A stretch of DNA of 64,000 nucleotides from an archaeon (GTDB lineage: Archaea; Nanobdellota; Nanobdellia; Pacearchaeales; GW2011-AR1): positions 568-64,567 of the forward strand of contig JAUWIJ010000001.1 of NCBI GenBank assembly GCA_030605415.1, read 5' to 3'. Positions 17,546-26,518 of the stretch are shown here, piece after piece; position 1 is the stretch's first letter; the number at the start of each line of letters is the position of its first letter. A program made the translations under genes and the position numbers. Below the pieces are notes generated by a model. The model was given only the letters and a program-made list of their open reading frames with translations, was not told the origin of the DNA and made no database searches.

Positions 17546-18271
17546 ATGACCTCATTTCAAAAGATTTATAAAGTCTTATTACTCGCTACAAATATCACTT
17601 GCAGGAAGAAGAGTTCTATCAAGATGGAAAATAAAATTTGGGCGGTTTGGATTTCGGGAATTTTTTTAGCTGTTGCGATTTTGTCAAATTCTGCGTACGC
17701 ATCAGAGAGCACTACCTCGGTAAATTTTACAATTATTTTAAATAACGATTCTCAGAATGAAAATCTTTTTAATGGTTCCGTTGAAAACTTAATTGTTGAA
17801 GACAAATCCTTCGACTGGATTTATTTATCCTGGGATAATCCAGATGGAATATTTTCAAATCTTATTTCTTTAGATAGATTTTTGATAGGAAATACATCTG
17901 GCGAATTTTTTAATATTACTAATTTAACCGAAAACACTTTGTATGATATTTCAATTATTAGCACAGATAATTCTTCCAATTACGGTCCAACAGTTAATTT
18001 GTCTGTAACAACTCTTAGCATAACAAACGGAAATGACGACGAAGAAAACGAAGAAGATAACGACAATTACTACAGAGAATATATCACTCCAAGTTACTTT
18101 TCGAATGACGATTCAAAGAAAAAAGAAAGTGTAACAATTTATTTAAATAACGGCTTCCCAAAAATATCCAAATCCTTTTCATGGCTGAACTCATTTCTAA
18201 TATCCATTAGTTTAGCTATCTGCATTTTAACATTATCAATTTCTATTTTAATAGTAAATAGAAAATATTAA
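17546..18271 (+). CDS. Membrane-anchored secreted protein with FN3-like domain and acidic stretch
   Basis: N-terminal TM. 'DWIYLSWDNPDG...YDISIIS' FN3-like region. DDEENEEDND. C-terminal TM. Confidence 0.4.
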   Translation: MTSFQKIYKVLLLATNITCRKKSSIKMENKIWAVWISGIFLAVAILSNSAYASESTTSVNFTIILNNDSQNENLFNGSVENLIVEDKSFDWIYLSWDNPDGIFSNLISLDRFLIGNTSGEFFNITNLTENTLYDISIISTDNSSNYGPTVNLSVTTLSITNGNDDEENEEDNDNYYREYITPSYFSNDDSKKKESVTIYLNNGFPKISKSFSWLNSFLISISLAICILTLSISILIVNRKY

Positions 18272-18316
18272 CAATTTCCAAAGATATAAAAAGGTTGTTT
18301 GATTTGATTTATTGAG

Positions 18317-18607
18317 GTGAAAATGTTATCTGATATTCCAAAAAGCTTAGAGAAAGTTTCTGGCGCTAATTTAGATAAAGAAATTCTTAGAGTTGGAATA
18401 ATTGCCGAACTTGATGCTATTTCCTTATACGAACAGTTATCTGCCACGACAAAGGATAAAAATTTAAAAAAAGTTTTATTGGATATTGCGAAAGAAGAAA
18501 AAACTCATGCAGGAGAATTTGAAGAATTACTAAAAAGGACAGATAAGGAATATGCTAAAGAAATTGAATCTGGAAAAGAGGAAGTGGAAGAATTAACAAG
18601 CAAATAA
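18317..18607 (+). CDS. Ferritin-like/rubrerythrin-like small protein
   Basis: E...EEKTHAGEFEE ExxH-type diiron-like motif. Confidence 0.35.
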   Translation: MKMLSDIPKSLEKVSGANLDKEILRVGIIAELDAISLYEQLSATTKDKNLKKVLLDIAKEEKTHAGEFEELLKRTDKEYAKEIESGKEEVEELTSK

Positions 18608-18879
18608 TGGCAAAGAAAAAAAAGGTGAGCAAAATGAAAGTTTCTGAGGATTCTTGGTTTAGAAAAAGAACCGAAAATTCAGAAAAAAGCTGGGGTTTTA
18701 TTCCAGTTAATTGGAAAGGCTGGGTAGCTTTAATTTTACTGATTGGAGTAAATGCTTTTGCGGCGAATTATTTTGATGTAATGAATGTTAGATTTAGAGA
18801 AGTGAGCAAATTTCTGGTCGTGTTTTTGTTTTCACTTGTTGTTTTTATTCTAATTGCGAAAAAGAAGACAAAAGTTTAG
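18607..18879 (+). CDS. Small membrane protein
   Basis: Two predicted TM helices. Start overlaps the upstream stop. Confidence 0.3.
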   Translation: MAKKKKVSKMKVSEDSWFRKRTENSEKSWGFIPVNWKGWVALILLIGVNAFAANYFDVMNVRFREVSKFLVVFLFSLVVFILIAKKKTKV

Positions 18880-19050
18880 TTCTGAGTTCTTTCCCAAGAC
18901 CGCTCATTCCTCGCTCTTAGATCTCAGACCGCTCATTTCATTCACTCTTAGAACCACCCCCGGGACGTGCCCCCTTCCCCCTCTAAGTTCTGAGAGCGAA
19001 GCGGTCTGAGTTCTGAGTTCTAGTTGGAGTTCTCAGTTCTGCAAGATTAG
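18880..19050. repeat. Family-B repeat element (GAGTTCTGAG tandem + 'gaccgctcatttcattcactcttaga' core)
   Basis: Shares the core with 35470-35790 (inverse orientation) and 55545-55730. Confidence 0.8.
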
Positions 19051-19084
19051 AAAACTATTAAAGTAAAAGAATCTATTATCTTTA

Positions 19085-19492
19085 ATGAGTTATAGGTTTT
19101 TGGAACATATGGCCGATGTGAAGTTTCGGGCTGAGGGTCCAACAATTGAAAAAGCATTTATTTCGGCGGCCGATGCGTTAAATGAGACGATTCGGGGAGA
19201 TATTAAAATTTTAGAACAGCAGGAAAAAAGTTTTGAGATTGAGGGCAAAGATGCGGAAAGTTTGCTATACAATTTTTTAGAAGAATTTTTATTTTTATTG
19301 GACGCTGAAGATTTTTTGACTGCAAGAATAAAGTCGATTTCAATTAAGCAAAATAAGTTAAGTTGCATTATTGTCGGCGATAATGCAGAACACTACAAAT
19401 TCACAAACGACGTAAAGGCAGTGACCTATAACGATATGTTTGTCCGCGAAGAAAATGGGAAGTTTATTTGTCAGGTTGTCTTGGATGTATAG
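19085..19492 (+). CDS. Archease
   Basis: N-terminal FLEHMADVKFRAEGPTIEKAF matches the archease signature (F.yL.HTADv..ra.G.tleEaF). Confidence 0.8.
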   Translation: MSYRFLEHMADVKFRAEGPTIEKAFISAADALNETIRGDIKILEQQEKSFEIEGKDAESLLYNFLEEFLFLLDAEDFLTARIKSISIKQNKLSCIIVGDNAEHYKFTNDVKAVTYNDMFVREENGKFICQVVLDV

Positions 19493-19610
19493 GTTAGGTG
19501 TTTGGGGTTCGGAGCGGGGGGGACTACTAACTCCTAACTACCAACTTCTAACTACCAACTGGAGAGGGGGGAAATATTTATAAACAAGTCATTCTTAATA
19601 TATTCAGAAA

Positions 19611-20108
19611 ATGGTGAAAAAAATTCAGATTAACATGTCGAACAAATCGTTTTATTCTTTGATTGTGTTTGGGGTTTTGATTTTGGCAGGCATTGGAGTT
19701 TACGCTTATGGGACTTCTAACCCTGCTGTTTTTGGGCATAGTGCTGGAGAGATTGAAGGTTTAGGAGAATTATTAATTCCTTCTGGGGCTGTGATGGCGT
19801 TTAATTTAGCAAGTTGCCCGTCTGGCTGGAGTACATATGCTTCTGCAAAAGATAGAGTTATTGTTGGTTCAGGAAGTTCATATTCTCTTGGTAAAAAAGG
19901 CGGAGCAAAAACACATACATTGACAATTGCTGAGATGCCGAAGCATAGACATGCATATACAAATGCAGGAAATTTTGGAGGGGGAGGGAAACATTATCCC
20001 TCTGGATATAGTCCTCAGGAAATGACTTACACTGATTATGTAGGTGGCAACCAACCTCACAACAATATGCAACCATATATTGCACTTTTATATTGTCAGA
20101 AAAATTAA
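19611..20108 (+). CDS. Phage tail-collar domain protein with N-terminal TM/signal
   Basis: THTLTIAEMPKHRHAY...HNNMQPY motif of the tail-collar (microcystin-dependent protein-like) domain. N-terminus is identical to the 12563 gene. Confidence 0.6.
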   Translation: MVKKIQINMSNKSFYSLIVFGVLILAGIGVYAYGTSNPAVFGHSAGEIEGLGELLIPSGAVMAFNLASCPSGWSTYASAKDRVIVGSGSSYSLGKKGGAKTHTLTIAEMPKHRHAYTNAGNFGGGGKHYPSGYSPQEMTYTDYVGGNQPHNNMQPYIALLYCQKN

Positions 20109-20267
20109 AATTTTTTCCTGAAAAATCGGGAATAAATCTTGAAATCATTTTAGAAATATAATATTTCTCAAATTAATAAAAACTATTTTTTATAAAGGGT
20201 ATTATTGATTTAGGGAACAGAATAAACAGAACAGAAGATTTATTAATTTGAGAAGTATCTTTTTATA

Positions 20268-21782
20268 ATGAAATTAAAAAAAATTAGCAATGTCGAATGG
20301 GAAATTCCTATCGAGGGCAAAATGAATGTTCCGGGAAGAATTTTTGCCAGCGAGGAAATGGTTAAAAATTTTGACGATAAGTGCTTAGAGCAAGTGAAAA
20401 ATGTTGCGAAATTGCCCGGGATTCTGAAAGCAAGTTATGCTATGCCAGATATGCATTTGGGCTACGGTTTTCCAATCGGCGGAGTCGCTGCGTTTGACAT
20501 TGACAAAGGTGTAATTAGTCCGGGTGGCGTCGGCTATGACATTAATTGTTCTGTGCGTTTATTGAAAACGAATTTGAAAGCGGAGGATTTAGTTGGTAAA
20601 GAAAAAGAGTTGGCACATTCGTTGTTTCGCACGGTGCCGTCGGGAATTGGTAGAAAAGGTAAAATTTTATTAGATGCTAAAGAACTAGATGAAGTTCTAA
20701 TCGGCGGGGCACAATGGGCTGTTAAAAAAGGTTATGGACAGAAAGAAGATTGTTTGCATATTGAAGAAGAGGGAAAAATGGAAGGAGCAAATCCGTCGGC
20801 AGTGTCGCAGAGAGCGAAAGGCAGAGGAATGTCTCAACTGGGTTCTCTCGGCGCAGGGAATCATTTTTTGGATGTATTAATTGTTGATGAGATTTTTGAT
20901 GAAAAAGTTGCAAAAGTTTTTGGTCTGGAAATTGGACAGATTGTGATTTTAATTCATTGCGGTTCGAGAGGGCTCGGACATCAGGTCGCGTCAGATTATA
21001 TTAAATTGATGGAAAATAAATATGGTTATCCGGATTTTGACAGAGAGTTAGTAAACGCGCCGATTAAGTCCGAACTCGGACAGAAATATCTGGGAGCGAT
21101 GGCGGCCGCGGCGAACTTTGCATTCGCAAACAAACAAATAATTACTCATTTCGTCCGCGAAAATATGAAACATTATTTTCCAAATTTTAAAGCAGACGTC
21201 GTCTACGATATCTGTCATAACATTGCGAAATTTGAGAAGCACGACGTAGGAACGAAGAACTCAAAACTCAGAGGGTTAGGTGTTAGGAGTTTGGGGTTAG
21301 GGGAGACTACCAACTACCAACTACCAACTATCAACTACCGACATCCGACATCCGACATCCGAAAACAAACGGTTCTCATCATGAGAAAGGGAGCGACCCG
21401 AAGTTTTGGTCCGGGCAGAGAAGAAATCCCAGAAGATTACAGAGAGGTTGGTCAGCCAGTTTTACTACCAGGCTCGATGGGAACACCAAGTTATGTTTTA
21501 TGCGGAACCAAAAAAGCAGAGGAAATTTCTTGGGGCTCGACGGCACACGGAGCAGGTCGGGTCAAAAGCAGAACTCAGGCGCATAGAGATATGAGTTTCA
21601 ACGACGCCAAAAAAGATATGGAAAAGCGGGGCGTGTTTGTTGAGTTCGGAGGACAAAAGGGTTTGGTAGAAGAATCACCATTTTCATACAAAGATGTCGA
21701 CGAGGTTGTCCGAATTTCTGACGAAGCAGGAATTGGAAAGAAAGTTGCGAAGCTGAAACCGGTTATTGTCATAATAGGATAA
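20268..21782 (+). CDS. rtcB: RNA-splicing ligase RtcB with in-frame repeat insertion
   Basis: GGVGYDINCSVR, HCGSRGLGHQ and HNIAKFEKHDV...RKGATR motifs. A ~40-aa insert (GTKNSKLRGLGVRSLGLGETTNYQLPTINYRHPTSDIRKQT) is encoded by a family-A repeat at 21258-21362. Confidence 0.9.
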   Translation: MKLKKISNVEWEIPIEGKMNVPGRIFASEEMVKNFDDKCLEQVKNVAKLPGILKASYAMPDMHLGYGFPIGGVAAFDIDKGVISPGGVGYDINCSVRLLKTNLKAEDLVGKEKELAHSLFRTVPSGIGRKGKILLDAKELDEVLIGGAQWAVKKGYGQKEDCLHIEEEGKMEGANPSAVSQRAKGRGMSQLGSLGAGNHFLDVLIVDEIFDEKVAKVFGLEIGQIVILIHCGSRGLGHQVASDYIKLMENKYGYPDFDRELVNAPIKSELGQKYLGAMAAAANFAFANKQIITHFVRENMKHYFPNFKADVVYDICHNIAKFEKHDVGTKNSKLRGLGVRSLGLGETTNYQLPTINYRHPTSDIRKQTVLIMRKGATRSFGPGREEIPEDYREVGQPVLLPGSMGTPSYVLCGTKKAEEISWGSTAHGAGRVKSRTQAHRDMSFNDAKKDMEKRGVFVEFGGQKGLVEESPFSYKDVDEVVRISDEAGIGKKVAKLKPVIVIIG

Positions 21783-21818
21783 GATTATAAACCTGTTTTT
21801 CTATTGAAATAAAATAAG

Positions 21819-23795
21819 ATGGAATCAAAAAAGAGGACATTAATTATAATATGTTTATTCTTAGTTGTATTTTCTTTAAGTATTATTAACGCAAAAAGTT
21901 GTGATGTCCAGAGTTCATGTAATACAGCCAATACAGTAATGAAATTATCTTCTACATCGAATGCCCATGGTGCGTTATATAATCAGGGAAATCATAATAA
22001 TTTTTTATGTTGTGATTTTTCCGGGACACATAGCAATAATGGAGATAATAAAATAATTGGATTATCTTCTACAGCAAATGCACATGCAGAAATACCGACA
22101 CTGAGTAATTACGGAACAGGTGTTTATTTTGGCGATTTAAAATGTAGTAGTAAAAGTGGCAGTTGTCCTACTGGTTATAATATTCCGATGATTTCTTTAT
22201 CTTCCACGACAAATGCTCATGTTGCAAGTTTTAATAGTTATCCTGTAAAAATTTGTTGTTGTGCCCCTGGCGAATGGGAATGGACAGGTAACTACCGATG
22301 TGTTGGAGATATAAGACAGGGAGAGCAGCGTAGAACTCTTTGTCCTTCGGGTTACGAATATCAGTGGGTTGATTCTGCCTGCTCTTCGGGACAAAGATGT
22401 ATCGGAGCTGGGCAATGTGTTGATAATTGCATATTTACAAGCGCTTCATGGAGTAAGAGTTCAGCGGTTGAAGGAGACAGCATCCAGATGATTTTAGAAG
22501 GAACTAATTGTAATGGAAAATCAGTGAGTTTTGAAATTTATGAAGACGATTTAGTGGGAGATGATTACATGACAACAATAAGCGGGGTATTTGACAGAGG
22601 AACATGGACTGCTGAATGGGTAGAAGATGTAAGTAGTGACCCTGAATATTATTTTATAGCGATACTGGATGCTTATACTGCTGTAACAAAACAAAGTGGA
22701 TTATTAACAGTAACTACTGCATGCGGTAACGGTGTCATAACTGGAACTGAAATATGTGATGATGGAACAAACAATGGAGAGTATGGTTATTGCAAAGATG
22801 ATTGTAACGGGATGGGACCCTACATGGGAGATGGTATAATTAATGGACCCGAAGAGTGTGATGATGGGAATCAGGATAATAATGATGGATGTTCGAGTAT
22901 AGGATTATTAGAAACAGAAGTTTATTGGATGGATATGGATGGTAATAGAGTTAACGAAGCAGATTTTGGAGATACAATTCGGATGATTATAACTTGGGCG
23001 GAGTCAGGAACTTTTGAAATTAAAGAAAATAACTTATTATTTGATGATAAAATTAAAATCATAGAAGGTGTTTCTATTGAAAACGATGTCGTCGCTGAAT
23101 GGACAATAACACAGGAAGACATGGACAAGGCAGATGATTATGACGAATTTTATTTTAAAGTCGATGGAGGGGAAAAGAGTGAGTATTTAAAAATTAATCT
23201 AAGGAGAAATGATGACCCAACGAATATTACAATCATATCTCCTGAATGCGGCTCGTATTTTGATGAGAGCACAGAAGTTATTATTAATATTAATGTTGAT
23301 GATGCTGATGACGTGATTGCTGGAACTATTAGTATTGACGGAAGCCAGGTAAAGACATTCAGCAATGACGGTGCGAGTTTTAGTAGAATTTTTGATTCAT
23401 CTGGCAATTTTCAGATTGTTGTTGAAACTATTAGCGACAGAGGTGGAAGAGCCAGGTCAATTTCTAATATTATGGTTTTAAATAAAGAATCTGGAAGTTA
23501 TGTCGATGGTAAATATGTCGCGGCATGTATTACGAAACCTAAAGATTTCAGTTATATTGATGGTGGTGAGGTTGAATTTGATGCTTCGGCTACTCGAGCT
23601 GTGAGGATTACTAATAAAGTTCTTGATTTACTTGTACCTGACGAGGGTGATATTTTCAGTTGGTATTGGAAATTTCTACCCGAAGAAGTTGTAAGGAAAT
23701 TTGTTAATAGTTCCGACCTCTTAGCATATAAATTTACTGCAGAGTTCCCTATCGCCGGAGATAATTCAGCGACTCTGAGGGTTGAGATTAATTAA
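21819..23795 (+). CDS. Large secreted Cys-rich surface protein (triplicated S-x-N-x-H module, Cys-rich repeats, Ig-like C-terminus)
   Basis: Signal peptide. Three 'LSSTxNAH...CC' modules. CGNGVITGTEICDDGTNNGEYGYCKDDC repeats resemble Myxococcus Cys-rich repeats. C-terminal ~150 aa is shared with the 23840 gene. Confidence 0.5.
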   Translation: MESKKRTLIIICLFLVVFSLSIINAKSCDVQSSCNTANTVMKLSSTSNAHGALYNQGNHNNFLCCDFSGTHSNNGDNKIIGLSSTANAHAEIPTLSNYGTGVYFGDLKCSSKSGSCPTGYNIPMISLSSTTNAHVASFNSYPVKICCCAPGEWEWTGNYRCVGDIRQGEQRRTLCPSGYEYQWVDSACSSGQRCIGAGQCVDNCIFTSASWSKSSAVEGDSIQMILEGTNCNGKSVSFEIYEDDLVGDDYMTTISGVFDRGTWTAEWVEDVSSDPEYYFIAILDAYTAVTKQSGLLTVTTACGNGVITGTEICDDGTNNGEYGYCKDDCNGMGPYMGDGIINGPEECDDGNQDNNDGCSSIGLLETEVYWMDMDGNRVNEADFGDTIRMIITWAESGTFEIKENNLLFDDKIKIIEGVSIENDVVAEWTITQEDMDKADDYDEFYFKVDGGEKSEYLKINLRRNDDPTNITIISPECGSYFDESTEVIININVDDADDVIAGTISIDGSQVKTFSNDGASFSRIFDSSGNFQIVVETISDRGGRARSISNIMVLNKESGSYVDGKYVAACITKPKDFSYIDGGEVEFDASATRAVRITNKVLDLLVPDEGDIFSWYWKFLPEEVVRKFVNSSDLLAYKFTAEFPIAGDNSATLRVEIN

Positions 23796-23839
23796 TTTGA
23801 TTAAGTAAAGTTTAAATAGTATAATATTATTAATAAATT

Positions 23840-25201
23840 ATGAAAAAAGAATTGGTGGCTGGATTCGTTTTAATTTTACTCGGTAGTTTTGTAGTTATTG
23901 CCGGAACGTGCGACGACGATCAGACAATTATGAGATTATATAGTGCTTCAAATTCGCATGTTTCTTTCTGGAATGAAGATACCGCAGATTATACGGTAGA
24001 GATTTGCTTTGATGAAATTTTCGGTTCAACATATACCGGAGCAAACCCGCATGATTGCACCGGAGAAAATAAAGTTTTAAGTTTATTTGATGTAGAGAAT
24101 TCTCATGCATCGAGCACAGCCGATAGTAACTATAATAATGAAGTTTGTTATGGACGTTTAAAATGCGTTTACGATAGTAGTGATAATGATGAATGTTCAA
24201 ATGACGGGAAAATCGTAGCGAGAATGTACAGCGAATACAATACTCATGTTTCGGTTGCATCAGATACAAATTATGACGTGAAAGTTTGCTGTAAAGCATC
24301 GGAAGCTTATTGGGCAAACATGAATGGCGATAGAATTACCGAAGCAGATTTTGGCGATACGGTTAAATTAGTTTTGACAGGTACTTCTGATATTCATGAT
24401 TTTGAAATTTTCGAAGAAGACGATGGAATAATAGGATTCCTTACTGGCGGTGACGATTCAATTAAAACTGTGACAGGAAGCGCAACTGACGGTAATCTTA
24501 TTACCAAATGGACGATAACACAAGAAGATTTAGACAAGACAAATGATTATGATAATTTTAGGTTTATGGCTAATGGCGAGATAAGCAAAGATTTGAAAAT
24601 CAATTTAAATGGTGATGATAGCGAAATGGATGTTACAATTTCATCTCCAAAATGTGGCTCGCATTTTGATGAGGGTACAGAAATTACTATTACCGTTGAT
24701 GCTAATGACGCTGACGATGCAATTGAAGGAACCATTACTATTGACGGAGATGTCGTAAAAACGTTTAGCAACGGAGGCATTACCTTTAATAAAATTTTCA
24801 GTTCATCAGGCAATTCCCAAATTGTTGTCGAAGCGGTTAACAGCAGAGGAAAAAATGTTAGAGCAATTTCTAATATTATGGTTTTGGATAAGGAAGCTGG
24901 AAGTTATGTTGATGGTAAATATGTCGCGGCATGTATTGCAAAACCTAAAGATTATAGTAACATTGACGGAAGCGTAGTTGAGTTTGATGCTTCGACCACT
25001 AGAGCCATAAAAGTTGTTAACGGAGTTCTTGATTTGCTTGTGCCCGACGAGGGTGATGTTTTTAGCTGGTATTGGAAATTTATGCCAGAAAACATAGTCA
25101 GAGAGTTTATTCAGAGTTCCGAATCTATTGCATACAAATTTACCGCAGAGTTTCCTATTGCCGGAGATAATTCAGCGACGCTAAGAGTTGAAATAGATTA
25201 A
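23840..25201 (+). CDS. Paralogous secreted Cys-rich surface protein
   Basis: Signal peptide. Three 'S-x-N-[ST]-H' modules. C-terminal domain ~75% identical to 21819's (ISNIMVL...FPIAGDNSATLRVEI). Confidence 0.5.
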   Translation: MKKELVAGFVLILLGSFVVIAGTCDDDQTIMRLYSASNSHVSFWNEDTADYTVEICFDEIFGSTYTGANPHDCTGENKVLSLFDVENSHASSTADSNYNNEVCYGRLKCVYDSSDNDECSNDGKIVARMYSEYNTHVSVASDTNYDVKVCCKASEAYWANMNGDRITEADFGDTVKLVLTGTSDIHDFEIFEEDDGIIGFLTGGDDSIKTVTGSATDGNLITKWTITQEDLDKTNDYDNFRFMANGEISKDLKINLNGDDSEMDVTISSPKCGSHFDEGTEITITVDANDADDAIEGTITIDGDVVKTFSNGGITFNKIFSSSGNSQIVVEAVNSRGKNVRAISNIMVLDKEAGSYVDGKYVAACIAKPKDYSNIDGSVVEFDASTTRAIKVVNGVLDLLVPDEGDVFSWYWKFMPENIVREFIQSSESIAYKFTAEFPIAGDNSATLRVEID

Positions 25202-25256
25202 TTTGATTAAGTAAAGTTTAACGCAATATTTATAAAGAACTGATTTATGTAATTAT

Positions 25257-26219
25257 ATGAAGTGGTTGATATTAATTTTGTTAGGAATTTTTTTATTTAG
25301 TTTTGTCAGTGCAGATGGTTCATCAGAAACACAAACTGATTTTAATATTCAAGGATGTACTTTTGATTTTAATAGTGAGTTAATCGGGGTTGTAGCTGGT
25401 GAATGTTCAAGAGGAGATGCCGAGGGGCATTTTTATTGTGATGATGATAAATTCGGCTGGATTACCACAGAAGAAGGAAGAGGATGTTCATTGGGAGAGG
25501 AGACTTATACTCTTGGAGATAATTTTTGTTGTCCATCCGGGATGTTTTGTAATAAGACTGGAGACAAACTGTTTAGATGTGACCGTAGAATCGAGAATTG
25601 TTTTAATATGACAACCAAACCGGATTGTGAAGCAATAGGTTGCATTTGGTTTAATGATATTTGCGTAGAAAATGTAAGAGATTTTGATTGTGGAATTTAT
25701 GATAATAAACCAGATTGTGACGAGGATATTTGGAACCTTGGACAAACAGGCATAGGAACAGAGTTCTGCGGAACAACTATAGAATGTAATAACGGAACGA
25801 TTTATACAATTTCCGAGGACGAATGTGGATGCGAATGGTATCCAAGTGCCCCCGAAGATAAACGTTGTCAGGTTAAATTAGTAGGAGTGCAAATGTTTTC
25901 TGACGATATTGATACCAGAGATGAATTTTGGTGCTCAAATGTTTATGAATCTGGAGAATGTATTGACGGTGAACAAAATATAACATGGTATTCGACCAGT
26001 TCTGCAGACCAAGGTTTTGATACATTTGGTGGCATTGTCCCTGATGATTGCTTAGGTATATTAGGATGCAACGGAGGAGAGACGACGAGGTTTTGCGGGG
26101 AGCCAATAATTAAGTTGTCCGGATTTAGTCTGTTTAGTTTATTTGCTTCTTTATTCATTGTAGGAATATATTATTTTTTAAGTCAGAATGCGGAAGGTTT
26201 AAATAAGAGAATGCATTAA
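25257..26219 (+). CDS. Secreted Cys-rich protein with C-terminal TM anchor
   Basis: Signal peptide. Many Cys. C-terminal hydrophobic LFSLFASLFIVGIYYFL. Confidence 0.4.
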   Translation: MKWLILILLGIFLFSFVSADGSSETQTDFNIQGCTFDFNSELIGVVAGECSRGDAEGHFYCDDDKFGWITTEEGRGCSLGEETYTLGDNFCCPSGMFCNKTGDKLFRCDRRIENCFNMTTKPDCEAIGCIWFNDICVENVRDFDCGIYDNKPDCDEDIWNLGQTGIGTEFCGTTIECNNGTIYTISEDECGCEWYPSAPEDKRCQVKLVGVQMFSDDIDTRDEFWCSNVYESGECIDGEQNITWYSTSSADQGFDTFGGIVPDDCLGILGCNGGETTRFCGEPIIKLSGFSLFSLFASLFIVGIYYFLSQNAEGLNKRMH

Positions 26220-26226
26220 AATAATT

Positions 26227-26514
26227 ATGAAAGAGGCAATTTGGAGTTTGTTATTGATTGTTGTTTTGTCTAGTTTGGTGATGGCAGGATCTGAAATCAA
26301 TACAAATTTTATCATTGGAGAAAAGGAAGTTGTTATTGAGAATTATATTCCTAACGGAAGTTTCTGGAATAATTACAGTAATTATATAATCGCAGTTCTG
26401 GTCATTTTCGTTATCGGTTATTTTGTATTGAAAATAAAAGACAAAAAGTTACATAAGAGCAAGAAGATTTCTAAGAAGCAAATTAAGAAAAAAAGTAATT
26501 TGAAATGTTTATAA
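26227..26514 (+). CDS. Small membrane protein with Lys-rich tail
   Basis: Signal/TM, a second TM, and KK-rich C-terminus. Confidence 0.3.
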   Translation: MKEAIWSLLLIVVLSSLVMAGSEINTNFIIGEKEVVIENYIPNGSFWNNYSNYIIAVLVIFVIGYFVLKIKDKKLHKSKKISKKQIKKKSNLKCL

Positions 26515-26518
26515 ACTA

